A program made the translations under genes and the position numbers. The notes under the pieces are model-generated. The model saw nothing but the letters and a program-made list of their open reading frames with translations. It made no database searches and was not told the DNA's origin. 64,000 nucleotides of DNA, taken from NCBI GenBank assembly GCA_016463775.1, contig JAEMQQ010000001.1, positions 8,070-72,069 on the forward strand, written 5' to 3'. This DNA comes from Ilumatobacteraceae bacterium (GTDB lineage: Bacteria; Actinomycetota; Acidimicrobiia; Acidimicrobiales; Ilumatobacteraceae). Position 1 is the stretch's first letter. Each line of letters starts with the position of its first letter. Of this stretch, positions 1 through 9,350 are shown one piece after another.

Positions 1-1111
1 GAGCGGAATAACCGGTGTAGGTGAGCGACAGCAGACTGTCGGCCCCGATACGACGGGCCAGAGAACTGGCGGCTGCCGTGACTGCGGCAGTTTCGGGATT
101 GGCGTCGGCGAAGATGACCGGCAGGTTGACGTCGCGTTCGGCTGCCTCACAGATCGCACACATCACTTCGACGGCGCGCACGGGGTCGATGCCGACCGCA
201 GTTTCACCCGACAACATCAGTGCATCGAAACCGTCACGTACCGCACCCGTTACATCGGCAACCTCGGCACGTGTTGCCCGCGACGATGACGTCATCGACT
301 CCAGCATTTCAGTGGCGCACACCGATACGACGCCGTTGCGCAATGCCGTTCGGGCAATCTTGTGCTGTGCGGCGGGCACGATTTGGAAGGGCAATTCAAC
401 GCCCAAGTCACCGCGAGCTGCCATTACCCCGTCACTCACCCGACAGATGTCGTTGATTCGCTCGAGTGCCTGCGGACGCTCGATCTTGGCGATGATGTGT
501 GCGGTGGGGCCGAGAATCGCCCGCACTTCCTCCACATCGCTCGGGCGTTGCACGAACGACACCGCGACAATCTCCACATTCTCCCGCTTGGCGACTTCGA
601 GGTCGGCGCGGTCCTTCTCGGACAGAACGCTGCCCGACACTTCGGTATCCGGCAGGTTGACACCCTTGTTCTTGCGTAGCTCGCCACCGTGCGTGACCTG
701 CACGGTGACCGTATCCCGATGGTCGCCCGACGTGCCGTCACCCAGATGCTTGATCATCATTTCGATTCGTCCATCGTCAAGCAGGATTCGTTGGCCCGCT
801 CGCATCCCCGACTTCTCACCGCTGCGCGCTTCGGGGAGGCCCAATTCGACGAAGGTAAACGAGGTTTCGTCACCATCACGCAACACGCGCGGCTCCCCCG
901 CGTAGCGCAGCTTGGGCCCCTGAATGTCGACGAGGATCGCCACCGTCGGGCGCACCGTGCGAATCAGGGCAATGCGTTCAGCAAGTGTTGCAGTGCTCAC
1001 ATGCGAGCAGTTGATGCGCAACACATCCGCACCGGCATCGACCAGGGCCCCGATCATCTGCGCGTCTGACGACGCCGGCCCGATGGTGGCGATGACTTTC
1101 GTGCGTCTCAT
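1..1111 (-). CDS. pyk: pyruvate kinase, N-terminal ~370 codons (3' end lies beyond the window start)
   Basis: Absent from the ORF track because the frame stays open to the window edge. My reverse-complement translation from ATG (complement of 1109-1111) reads MRRTKVIATIGPASSDAQMIGALVDAGADVLRINCSHVSTATLAERIALIRTVRPTVAILVDIQGPKLRYAGEP, a typical pyruvate kinase N-terminus. The 21..905(+) ORF is its antisense shadow. Confidence 0.85.
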   Translation of the reverse strand, partial: MRRTKVIATIGPASSDAQMIGALVDAGADVLRINCSHVSTATLAERIALIRTVRPTVAILVDIQGPKLRYAGEPRVLRDGDETSFTFVELGLPEARSGEKSGMRAGQRILLDDGRIEMMIKHLGDGTSGDHRDTVTVQVTHGGELRKNKGVNLPDTEVSGSVLSEKDRADLEVAKRENVEIVAVSFVQRPSDVEEVRAILGPTAHIIAKIERPQALERINDICRVSDGVMAARGDLGVELPFQIVPAAQHKIARTALRNGVVSVCATEMLESMTSSSRATRAEVADVTGAVRDGFDALMLSGETAVGIDPVRAVEVMCAICEAAERDVNLPVIFADANPETAAVTAAASSLARRIGADSLLSLTYTGYSA

Positions 1112-1153
1112 TACCGAACAGTCTCGCCGTTGCAGGTGACAAACGGGTGTTTT

Positions 1154-1240
1154 TGGTGTCGAAGGGGGGACTTGAACCCCCACGCCCTTTCGAGCGCCAG
1201 CCCCTCAAGCTGGTGCGTCTGCCAATTTCGCCACTTCGAC
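1154..1240 (-). tRNA. tRNA-Leu (anticodon GAG), long variable arm, CCA encoded
   Basis: Reverse complement: GTCGAAG-TG-GCGAAATTGGCAGACGC-A-CCAGC-TTGAGGG-GCTGG-(variable arm CGCTCGAAAGGGCGT)-GGGGG-TTCAAGT-CCCCC-CTTCGAC-ACCA. The 7-bp acceptor stem is perfect, the T-loop is TTCAAGT, and the anticodon loop TT-GAG-GG gives GAG. Confidence 0.9.
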
Positions 1241-1305
1241 AAGAAGTGAAGTTCCCAAACTATCGGATGATTGCCAATGTGTGAACGGCGACGTAACCGC
1301 CCGTC

Positions 1306-1542
1306 TCAACTGAGCAAGATACCCAGCGCAGTCACCGTGAGGAGCCACACCAGCGCAAGCACGGTGGTGATGCGACTGAGGTTGCGTTCGGCCGAAGCCG
1401 AACCAAGCGCTGCTGCCCCGCCGCCACCGAACATGTCGGACAAGCCGCCGCCCCGACCACTGTGCAGCAGTACGCCGGCAATGAGACCGACCATCGACAC
1501 CACATTGACCACGACCGCAACAATGGTGACGGTCGAACGCAT
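1306..1542 (-). CDS. secG: preprotein translocase subunit SecG
   Basis: 78 aa with two hydrophobic helices flanking a Gly-rich loop (GRGGGLSDMFGGGGAAALGS). Size and layout are typical of SecG. Confidence 0.8.
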   Translation of the reverse strand: MRSTVTIVAVVVNVVSMVGLIAGVLLHSGRGGGLSDMFGGGGAAALGSASAERNLSRITTVLALVWLLTVTALGILLS

Positions 1543-1568
1543 TTGTTTAGCCTACCGACTGACGCGCC

Positions 1569-2555
1569 TCACACTTCGGGGTGATGGCAAGCCGAAAGTT
1601 GTCCGTGCCCACGAATCTCCAGTGTGGGCTCCTGCATTGCGCACAGTTCGGTGGCCTTCCAACAACGCGTCCGAAACCGACAGCCCGACGGTGGGTTGAC
1701 CGGCGAGGGAATCTCGCCCTCCAGCATGATGCGGCTGCGTGCTCGCTCGACGCGCGGATTGGGCAGTGGTACGGCAGACAACAATGCCTTGGTGTACGGA
1801 TGGGTTGGATGTTCGTACACCGCTGCGGCAGGCCCGATCTCCACGATCTTGCCGAGATACATGACGGCCACCCGATCGGCGATATGGCGAATCACCGAGA
1901 GATCGTGGGCAATGAAGATGTACGACATACCGAGGCGCTGCTGTAGGTCGCCGAATAGGTTCACGACCCCGGCCTGAATGCTCACGTCAAGTGCCGACAC
2001 CGGCTCATCGAGCACGATGAGCGCAGGATCGAGGGCCAACGCCCGTGCCACACCGACTCGCTGGCGTTGTCCACCGGAAAATTCATGGGGAAAACGTCGT
2101 GCATGATCAGCAGACAAACCCACGAGTTCGAGCAGGCTCACCACTTTGTCTTCGTGGTTGCCGTCGATGCCCTGCACCACGAGCGGCTCGGCGATCGAGG
2201 CGCCAACGGTCATCTTCGGATCAAGCGACGCATACGGGTCCTGGAATACGATCTGCATCTTGCGGCGAACCTGACGCAATTCTTCGAAGTTGAGCTGCGC
2301 CAAGTCGACACCGTCGAACGCCACCTGCCCGGCAGTGGGCTCGATGAGCCGCAACACACACCGACCGACGGTCGTCTTGCCGGAACCCGACTCACCAACG
2401 AGACCCAAGGTTTCGCCTCTGTGGACGTCGAACGAAACATCGGTGACCGCCTGCACGATGCGCTTCCTGCGCCCTGATCTACGCATGGCCTTCATCTGAA
2501 ACTCTTTGACCAAGTGGCGAACACTGAGCAGCGGACTCGTCGTTGGGCTGTTCAT
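1569..2555 (-). CDS. peptide/nickel-type ABC transporter ATP-binding protein (OppF/DppF-like)
   Basis: Walker [10 protein letters not shown], signature FSGGQRQRV, Walker [13 protein letters not shown], and the C-terminal oligopeptide-ABC tail [11 protein letters not shown]. Start overlaps the upstream stop by 4 nt. Confidence 0.9.
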   Translation of the reverse strand: MNSPTTSPLLSVRHLVKEFQMKAMRRSGRRKRIVQAVTDVSFDVHRGETLGLVGESGSGKTTVGRCVLRLIEPTAGQVAFDGVDLAQLNFEELRQVRRKMQIVFQDPYASLDPKMTVGASIAEPLVVQGIDGNHEDKVVSLLELVGLSADHARRFPHEFSGGQRQRVGVARALALDPALIVLDEPVSALDVSIQAGVVNLFGDLQQRLGMSYIFIAHDLSVIRHIADRVAVMYLGKIVEIGPAAAVYEHPTHPYTKALLSAVPLPNPRVERARSRIMLEGEIPSPVNPPSGCRFRTRCWKATELCAMQEPTLEIRGHGQLSACHHPEV

Positions 2556-3526
2556 TTTCGCCCCATCAGTTCGGATGCGCGAATGCAGGCGCTCTCAGAC
2601 TCCCCGACCGGCACCAGCGGTGGGATGGCAGAACCACACGCTTCGACCGCATGATCGCACCGCGCACGAAACGCACAGCCGGAGGGTGGCCGCAACATAT
2701 TCGGTGGGAAGCCGGCAATCGGCACCAGGCGTTCGACACCGGTCTGGGGCAGCGATGCCAGCAGACCACGGGTGTACGGATGGGTTGGCTGTTCGAAAAT
2801 ACCGTGGACATTGCCCCGCTCCACGAAACACCCGGCATACATCACGTTCACGCGCTCACACACCCGCGCGACCACACCCAAATCGTGGGTGATCAGCACG
2901 ACCGCCGTTCCGAATTGAACCTGCACCCTTTGAATCACCTCCAGAATTTGCGCCTGCACCGTGACATCGAGTGCCGTGGTCGGTTCATCGGCGATGAGTA
3001 CCTTCGGACTATTTGCGATTGCCATGGCAATGACCACGCGCTGGCGCATGCCACCCGAGAATTCGTGCGGATATTGCATCGCGCGATCACCAGGTTGTGG
3101 AATTCCGACGATCTCCAGCAATTCCACCGCACGTGCATTGGCTGCCCGCTCGCTCATCTTCGAATGGGCCCGCAACATCTCGGTGATCTGTGCCCCGACA
3201 CGATGCACCGGGTTGAGTGCCGACAGCGGATCCTGGAAGATCATCGACATCAAACGACCGCGTACCGAGCGCATCTGCTTGGGGCTCATACCGACGATTT
3301 GCTGGCCATCCAGCAGTACCGAGCCGGTCACGGTTGCCGACCGCGGTAGCAGACCCATTGCCGCCAAAAAGCTGACTGATTTGCCCGAGCCTGACTCGCC
3401 GACGACGGCCAGCATCTCGCCAGCGTGCACGTCGATGTCGACCCCGCGAACTGCGACCAACGGGCCGACTGGCGTATTGAAGGTGACCTGCAAGTTGCGG
3501 ATTTCCAGGATTGGTGTAGGCATCAC
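2552..3526 (-). CDS. peptide/nickel-type ABC transporter ATP-binding protein (OppD/DppD-like)
   Basis: Walker [10 protein letters not shown], signature FSGGMRQRV, Walker [14 protein letters not shown]-terminal [11 protein letters not shown]. Confidence 0.9.
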   Translation of the reverse strand: MMPTPILEIRNLQVTFNTPVGPLVAVRGVDIDVHAGEMLAVVGESGSGKSVSFLAAMGLLPRSATVTGSVLLDGQQIVGMSPKQMRSVRGRLMSMIFQDPLSALNPVHRVGAQITEMLRAHSKMSERAANARAVELLEIVGIPQPGDRAMQYPHEFSGGMRQRVVIAMAIANSPKVLIADEPTTALDVTVQAQILEVIQRVQVQFGTAVVLITHDLGVVARVCERVNVMYAGCFVERGNVHGIFEQPTHPYTRGLLASLPQTGVERLVPIAGFPPNMLRPPSGCAFRARCDHAVEACGSAIPPLVPVGESESACIRASELMGRK

Positions 3527-4446
3527 GCGTCCTTCACCATTCGCGGATCGGTTGCATCGCGCAGTGCATCACCGATGAAGTTGATCGACAGCGCAATGAT
3601 CACCAAGGCAAGACACGGGAATACTGCCAGCCACCAGAAACCGGTGTTGACGGCACCTTTGGCCTGTCCGACAAGGATGCCGAGCGATGTAGCGCCAGCG
3701 CCTGCCTGTGGTCCGTAACCAAAGAATGCCAAGGTGGATTCGCTGAGTATCGCCCCTACGACGGAGAAGGTGAGTGCCACCATGATCGGGCCGATGGAAT
3801 TGGGCAACAAGTGTCGACGCACGATGTACCAACGACTGGCGCCGACGGCACGTGCTGCTTCGATGAACTCGCGTTCTTTCAGCGCCAGAACCTGACCGCG
3901 AACGATGCGCGCGACACTCATCCAACCGAAAATTGCGAACAGCACGATGATGAACCGCACCGACGACAGGTCTCCAGTGATCGGCCGCAACCACGTAATG
4001 GCGCCGAGCATGTTGCGCATCACAAGCAACGTGACGAGGAATGGAAACGCCAGGAACAAATCCGTGATGCGCATGATGATGTCGTCGAACATGCCGCCAC
4101 GAAACCCCGCCACGGCCCCGATCAGACAGCCGAGGAACACCGAGATGACCGCCGAGAAGAACCCGATTACGAGCGACACTCGCACCCCATAGATGAGTCG
4201 GCTGTAGAGATCGCGACCGATGTCGTCGGTACCAAGCCACGCATTCGCCCGGGGTGACAAGAAGTAATTTGGGGGTGCCTGCACGGCCTCGTTGACGCCA
4301 TAACGAGCGGTGAACGGCGACAGTGCCACGAAAACCACGAGGATTGTCAGCACAAAGACGCCCACCACTGCCCCGCGGTGGCTGACAAAACGCTCGTACG
4401 CCATGCGCCGTGGCGACTTGGCGGGAACTACGACATCGTCATTCAA
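3523..4446 (-). CDS. ABC transporter permease (OppC/DppC-like)
   Basis: Multi-TM protein with the binding-protein-dependent permease loop EAARAVGASRWYIVRRHLLPN. Overlaps both neighbouring genes. Confidence 0.85.
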   Translation of the reverse strand: MNDDVVVPAKSPRRMAYERFVSHRGAVVGVFVLTILVVFVALSPFTARYGVNEAVQAPPNYFLSPRANAWLGTDDIGRDLYSRLIYGVRVSLVIGFFSAVISVFLGCLIGAVAGFRGGMFDDIIMRITDLFLAFPFLVTLLVMRNMLGAITWLRPITGDLSSVRFIIVLFAIFGWMSVARIVRGQVLALKEREFIEAARAVGASRWYIVRRHLLPNSIGPIMVALTFSVVGAILSESTLAFFGYGPQAGAGATSLGILVGQAKGAVNTGFWWLAVFPCLALVIIALSINFIGDALRDATDPRMVKDA

Positions 4447-5413
4447 GGCGAATCCTCGGATCTAACCAGGCGTAGGACACGTCAGCCAACAAGTTGAACA
4501 ACAGAACCGAAAAGACGATTAGCACCATCCATGGCATCAACAATGGGAAATCGCCTTCACCAAAAGCCGAGAGAAAGTACTTGCCCATCCCCGGATAACT
4601 GAAGATGTTTTCGGTGATGATCAAACCACCCACGATGCTTCCGACGTCCAACGCAGCAATGGTCACCACGGGAATCAGGGCATTACGCAGGCCATGTTTG
4701 AACAGCACGCGACGCTCGCTAATACCTTTCGAGCGTGCTGTTCGCATGTATTCACTACTCAGCACGTCGAGCAGAGATGAACGCATGTAGCGCGCATACA
4801 CGGCGATGATCTGGATGGCAACGACCATCGTCGGCAACACCATATGCCTGATCATGAGACCGAGATTGAAGCCTGTTTGTCCGGGTGGGTAGACGCCCGA
4901 GGTTGGAAACAGAGTCGAGCCGAACCAGCGACTCCAATACACGGCGAAAAAAAGCTGGAACAGGATCGCCGAAACGTAGGGCGGGATGGAAATTCCGACG
5001 AATGCTGCCGTGTTGACCGCAACGTCACGACGCCCACCAGGTCGCAAGGCCGCAAAAATGCCGAGTAACAAGCCGACAGTGATGCCAACGACACTCGCTG
5101 CGGTACCGAGCCGCAATGTGTTGGCCAGCGCGTCCTTCAGGGCTGGCGCTACTTCGCGGCTGCCCTTGATGCTGCGAGGCCAGTCAAGGGTGATGAAGTT
5201 GACTAGCCAACGAAAGTACCCCCGTACATAATTTGGATCGAGACCATTGACATCGATGTATTGGGCAATTTTTTCCGGTGAGGCGCGGGGGTTGATTCGC
5301 TTGTAACTCTCTACGGGGTTCGTACCGATTCGTAGTGCTACGTAGACGAGGAATGTCACGAAACACAAGGTGGGAATCGACCATGCCAAACGACGCACGA
5401 CGTATTTCAGCAC
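4439..5413 (-). CDS. ABC transporter permease (OppB/DppB-like)
   Basis: N-terminal MLKYVVRRL... typical of OppB/DppB, and permease loop YMRTARSKGISERRVLFKHGLRNALIP. Confidence 0.85.
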   Translation of the reverse strand: MLKYVVRRLAWSIPTLCFVTFLVYVALRIGTNPVESYKRINPRASPEKIAQYIDVNGLDPNYVRGYFRWLVNFITLDWPRSIKGSREVAPALKDALANTLRLGTAASVVGITVGLLLGIFAALRPGGRRDVAVNTAAFVGISIPPYVSAILFQLFFAVYWSRWFGSTLFPTSGVYPPGQTGFNLGLMIRHMVLPTMVVAIQIIAVYARYMRSSLLDVLSSEYMRTARSKGISERRVLFKHGLRNALIPVVTIAALDVGSIVGGLIITENIFSYPGMGKYFLSAFGEGDFPLLMPWMVLIVFSVLLFNLLADVSYAWLDPRIRLE

Positions 5414-5505
5414 CCCGTCAAACTATCCCGTCACTGCATCAAACCGAAATTACAAATCTTTCTGCTCCACACTCCTGCGCCACGAAATGTGCCGGAAACG
5501 ACGAC

Positions 5506-5543
5506 GGCGCGCGAGCCTCACCATGTGGTGAGACTCGCGCGCC
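5506..5543 (-). promoter_or_regulatory. GC-rich intercistronic stem-loop between the binding-protein gene and the first permease gene
   Basis: ggcgcgcgag-cctcacc-atgt-ggtgaga-ctcgcgcgcc: a 10-bp perfect outer stem, a 6-7 bp inner stem and a 4-nt loop, read directly from the sequence. A second 7-bp hairpin, gtcgttg-aaaa-caacgac, lies at 5552..5569. Neither is followed by a U-tract on the minus-strand transcript. Confidence 0.55.
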
Positions 5544-5577
5544 GCGCGAGTGTCGTTGAAAACAACGACCTTCGTAC

Positions 5578-7317
5578 TTACTTGAGGACGACCGTTGGTT
5601 CGCCGACGAGCAGGTTAGTAACCACGTATGCACCATCGTTGGTGGTGGAGAATGCTCCAGGCATGACCTGATTCAGCGTTGTCCAGACCATCCACGAAGA
5701 GTTCGCACACTCGGTGACGGGGTTCAAACATTCCGGCCACTGCTCGGCACCGATGACAATCTTGCCATCGCCGTCGAGGTCGGTCCAGAGGTGGTTGTTG
5801 ATGAACGAGGTGTAGTTACGCAACTCGGTATCAACCGGTCCACCCACCTTGTCCGTGCGCCAGAAACCCGACTTGGGGAACTGGAACAACGGCAGCATCA
5901 CGCTGTCGGTGGCCATGAGCTTGAGCGCACTCTTGATGAGCTCTGCACGCTTGGCTGCGTCCGGTTCGTAGTCGGCATTGTGGAGCAGGTCCGACGCTTC
6001 TTTGTTGCACCAACCCTGGCTGTTTTGGCCAACGTTGTTGTTTGCTGCAGTCGGAATCTGGTCACAAGTGAAACCTGGCGTGAGGTAACCCGGGTCCGGC
6101 GGAGCGGTCGAGATATACATCGCCATGTCGTAGTCAAGGGCCGGCAGACGTTGCTGGAAGTAGCAGGCTGCGTCACAGTTGTCTGCGCGCACTTTGAAGC
6201 CCGATGCATTGAGCAGTGGGATCAAATATGCCTGGGTGTTTTCGCGACGGGTGTTGCCCGTGTTGATGATCCAGCGGATGTCTGGGGCTGCTCCGGTCGT
6301 TGGATCAATCCAATAACCATCGGCGCCCTTCGTCCAACCGTTCTCCGTGAGGAGAGCGTCGGCAGCTGCCGGATCGTATGCGCCAGCGAATTCGTCGCCG
6401 TTGCAGAACGGACCAGGGATCATCGGGCCACACTCCAGCGGCGCTTCGCCACCGAGTGGAACGTAGATCTGCGCAAACAGCGCATTACGGTCGATCGACT
6501 TGGAGAATGCCGAGCGGAAGATCGGGTTGGCAAACGGGCCACACTTCTGTTGGAAGTAGAAACCTTCGTAGTCGCCACCGAATTCTTTCTTCAGCGTGAT
6601 GTTCGGATCGGTAAATGCCTCTTCGATACCACCGAAGAACTGTGGGTACACGAAGTCGACTTCTCCGGCCTTCAACGCTGCAGACTCGGTATCGCTGTCA
6701 GCCAGCGGCACCATGACGAGTTGCTTCGTGACAGCCTTGTCGGTACCCCAATACTTGTCGTTGGGAACGTAGACGACCTGGCTTGGGCTCCACGACTTCA
6801 TCTTCCACGGACGACCCGAGAAACCGATGAAATCTGCAAAGTCTGTCGAAATGTCTTTGGCGTTCTTCACCGATGCTGCTTTGATGAGACCACCAAAGAG
6901 ACCCTTGTACGGGCCGTACACCGACTTGAACTCAACGACAACTTGCTTGTCACTTGAACCGGCGGCGATCGTCGTGATTTGGTCGTAACCAACCGTCGAC
7001 AACGAGCCGGGGGTGTTCATGGCAGCTTCGTACGTAGCAGTGAAGTCAGCAACGGTGATTTGCGAACCGTCTTCCCATACTGCGGTCGGAGCGATGTCGT
7101 AGGTCACCGTCATACCAGCACTGGCTGGTGGCGTGTAGGTGTAGTCATATGCAACATCGGCACATTCAGCGAGCGTTGGATAAGCAACCGGTTCAGCGGT
7201 TGGTTCTGCTGCTGTGTCTTCAGTTACGGCTTCGTCGCCACCACCACATGCAGCAGCGATCAACGAGATCGCGAACAACGCTGCAGTGAGACGGATTACC
7301 TTGCTGTGTTTCTTCAT
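5578..7317 (-). CDS. ABC transporter substrate-binding lipoprotein, family 5 (peptide/nickel type)
   Basis: Signal peptide plus lipobox MKKHSKVIRLTAALFAISLIAAAC-GG. The ~580 aa size and its position at the head of the permease/ATPase genes fit. I prefer ATG 7317 (preceded by GGGGAGG) over the track start at 7353. Confidence 0.8.
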   Translation of the reverse strand: MKKHSKVIRLTAALFAISLIAAACGGGDEAVTEDTAAEPTAEPVAYPTLAECADVAYDYTYTPPASAGMTVTYDIAPTAVWEDGSQITVADFTATYEAAMNTPGSLSTVGYDQITTIAAGSSDKQVVVEFKSVYGPYKGLFGGLIKAASVKNAKDISTDFADFIGFSGRPWKMKSWSPSQVVYVPNDKYWGTDKAVTKQLVMVPLADSDTESAALKAGEVDFVYPQFFGGIEEAFTDPNITLKKEFGGDYEGFYFQQKCGPFANPIFRSAFSKSIDRNALFAQIYVPLGGEAPLECGPMIPGPFCNGDEFAGAYDPAAADALLTENGWTKGADGYWIDPTTGAAPDIRWIINTGNTRRENTQAYLIPLLNASGFKVRADNCDAACYFQQRLPALDYDMAMYISTAPPDPGYLTPGFTCDQIPTAANNNVGQNSQGWCNKEASDLLHNADYEPDAAKRAELIKSALKLMATDSVMLPLFQFPKSGFWRTDKVGGPVDTELRNYTSFINNHLWTDLDGDGKIVIGAEQWPECLNPVTECANSSWMVWTTLNQVMPGAFSTTNDGAYVVTNLLVGEPTVVLK

Positions 7318-7452
7318 GAATTCGACCTCCCCGTCGAATAGGTGGGGCGTCACACCCAGGTTGATGACATCTGAACACTACTCGGCTTCTGTGACAATGG
7401 GCTCATCACCAATTGTCTCTCCCCCCGTGCCCGCATGGAGAAAACGGGGTGG

Positions 7453-8238
7453 TTAATAGGTTTGGCGGCGGTATTGCACGATGCGGGCGAATTCAGTGGA
7501 GTCGAGGCTGGCACCACCAACGAGCACACCGTCAATGTCTGGTTGGCGCATGATGTCGGCAATCGTGCCCGCTTTGACGCTTCCACCATATTGAATTCGA
7601 ATCGCCGCCGATGCCGGGCGTGACGTCACCGCTGCCACTTCTTCGCGAATCGCGGCGATGACCTCTTGGGCTTCACCTGGCAACGCATTCTTGCCGGTGC
7701 CAATCGCCCAAATCGGCTCGTAGGCAACGACCATCGACTTCACCTGTTCGCTCGTGCGTTTGTCGAGGGCCGAGCGAATTTGTCGGCGAATCTTGTCGAG
7801 GGTGAGACCCGCCTCGTGTTCATCGAGGGTTTCACCGACGCACAGGATCGGCGTCATCCCATACTTCTGCACCGCGGCAACCTTGCGGGCGACGAATTCG
7901 TCGGTTTCACCGAACAACTCGCGGCGCTCACTATGCCCGACGATCACGTAGTGCACACCGAGTTTGGCAAGGAACGCCGGCGACACTTCCCCGGTGAAGG
8001 CCCCGCGGTCTTCGGCGTGACAATTCTGTGCACCGAGCTTCAGGCGGAGTTGGTCGGCATCGATGAGTGTCTGGATGCTGCGCAAATCGGTGAAGGGTGG
8101 ATGCACCGTGACCTCGACGGCATCAAAGTCGTCCTTCTGCAGGAGGTACGACAGTTTTTGTACGAACTGAATCGCCTCAAAGTGATTCTGATTCATCTTC
8201 CAGTTGCCACTCACGATTGGTGTTCGTTCACCCGCCAC
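7453..8238 (-). CDS. tpiA: triosephosphate isomerase
   Basis: Motifs SGNWKMN, VGHSERR, AYEPIWAIGTG, YGGSV. Confidence 0.95.
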   Translation of the reverse strand: MAGERTPIVSGNWKMNQNHFEAIQFVQKLSYLLQKDDFDAVEVTVHPPFTDLRSIQTLIDADQLRLKLGAQNCHAEDRGAFTGEVSPAFLAKLGVHYVIVGHSERRELFGETDEFVARKVAAVQKYGMTPILCVGETLDEHEAGLTLDKIRRQIRSALDKRTSEQVKSMVVAYEPIWAIGTGKNALPGEAQEVIAAIREEVAAVTSRPASAAIRIQYGGSVKAGTIADIMRQPDIDGVLVGGASLDSTEFARIVQYRRQTY

Positions 8239-9340
8239 GTGGTGCCTCCCTCAGTGCTTGCAAGCCAGGGAGATCGCCATGCTCGAGAAACTCGAGCGCA
8301 GCACCGCCGCCAGTCGACACGTGGTCAACTTCGTTGGCGAATCCGAATTGGGCGAGCGCAGCAGCCGAGTCGCCCCCGCCCACGACGGTGAATGCCTTGG
8401 TGTCTGCCATCGCCTGAGCCACCGTACGTGTTCCCTTGGCGAAACGCGCGTCTTCGAACACACCCATCGGACCATTCCACAGCACCGAGCGGGCATCCAT
8501 GATTGCATCGCTGAACGCAGCAGCGGTACCTGGGCCAATGTCCATGCCCTTTGCCCGCTCCGGTAGACGGCGACCGAAGGTGGCGTACACACCGTCGGCG
8601 TCGACCCCGATGATGTCCTCGGGGAGCATAATCGACGGGTACTTGGCGAGCAACTGTCGGCAATGATCTACTTGCTCGCGCTCGCACAGCGAGTCGCCCA
8701 CCGAGTGCCCCGCGGCCGCCAAAAAGGTAAAGCACATCCCACCACCGATGAGCAGTTGATCCACCGTTTGCAACAACGCGGCGATCAAGCCGAGTTTGTC
8801 GCTGACCTTTGACCCGCCAACCACTGCGACGAACGGCCGTTTCGGCGCGGTTCGCAAACCATCGAGCACTGCAACCTCGTGTTGCACCAGCCGGCCGGCA
8901 GCCGAACGCAACAAGCGGGGCGGCCCGACGATCGAGGCATGGGCCCGATGGGCGGCACCGAATGCGTCGTTGACATAGAGGTCCATCCCCTGCACCAAGT
9001 CGGCAACGAAGCCCGCGTCATTGCCTTCTTCGCCTGGTGAAAACCGCAGATTGTCCCGCAACTTCACACCGGGTGCCAGCTCGGTGAGGCGCGCCCGCAC
9101 GGCATCCATCGAATACTTGGCGGTCACCACACCTTTCGGGCGTCCGAGATGACTTGCGCACACCACGTTGGCACCCCGTTCGGTCAGCCAATTCAGGGTC
9201 GGCAGTGCGGCACGAATACGAAAATCGTCGGTGATTTCTCGGGCATCATCGGCACCGGACATCGGCACGTTGAAATCGGTGCGCACGAGCACGGCGGCAC
9301 CACGCACATCACCAAGATCTTCGAGTACCGGAAGTTTCAC
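8228..9340 (-). CDS. pgk: phosphoglycerate kinase
   Basis: Motifs VRTDFNVP, ASHLGRPKG, VVGGGDSAAA, VSTGGGAALEFL. Overlaps the tpiA start by 11 nt. Confidence 0.93.
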   Translation of the reverse strand: MKLPVLEDLGDVRGAAVLVRTDFNVPMSGADDAREITDDFRIRAALPTLNWLTERGANVVCASHLGRPKGVVTAKYSMDAVRARLTELAPGVKLRDNLRFSPGEEGNDAGFVADLVQGMDLYVNDAFGAAHRAHASIVGPPRLLRSAAGRLVQHEVAVLDGLRTAPKRPFVAVVGGSKVSDKLGLIAALLQTVDQLLIGGGMCFTFLAAAGHSVGDSLCEREQVDHCRQLLAKYPSIMLPEDIIGVDADGVYATFGRRLPERAKGMDIGPGTAAAFSDAIMDARSVLWNGPMGVFEDARFAKGTRTVAQAMADTKAFTVVGGGDSAAALAQFGFANEVDHVSTGGGAALEFLEHGDLPGLQALREAPRGG

Positions 9341-9350
9341 GAGTGCTTGA

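Noticed and set aside
21-905. 294-aa plus-strand ORF at the window start
   Set aside because: Ser/Arg/Ala-rich low-complexity translation lying exactly antisense to a frame that reads as canonical pyruvate kinase. It is a high-GC shadow ORF.
1112-1305. tRNA-Leu(GAG) and tRNA-Leu(CAA, 23684..23766) as possible genomic-island integration sites
   Set aside because: No integrase, no direct repeat of the tRNA 3' end, and no compositional or functional break next to either tRNA. Both are flanked by housekeeping genes.
5791-6957. 388-aa plus-strand ORF
   Set aside because: Antisense to the substrate-binding protein gene. It has no recognisable motifs and an Arg/Val/Glu-rich shadow composition.
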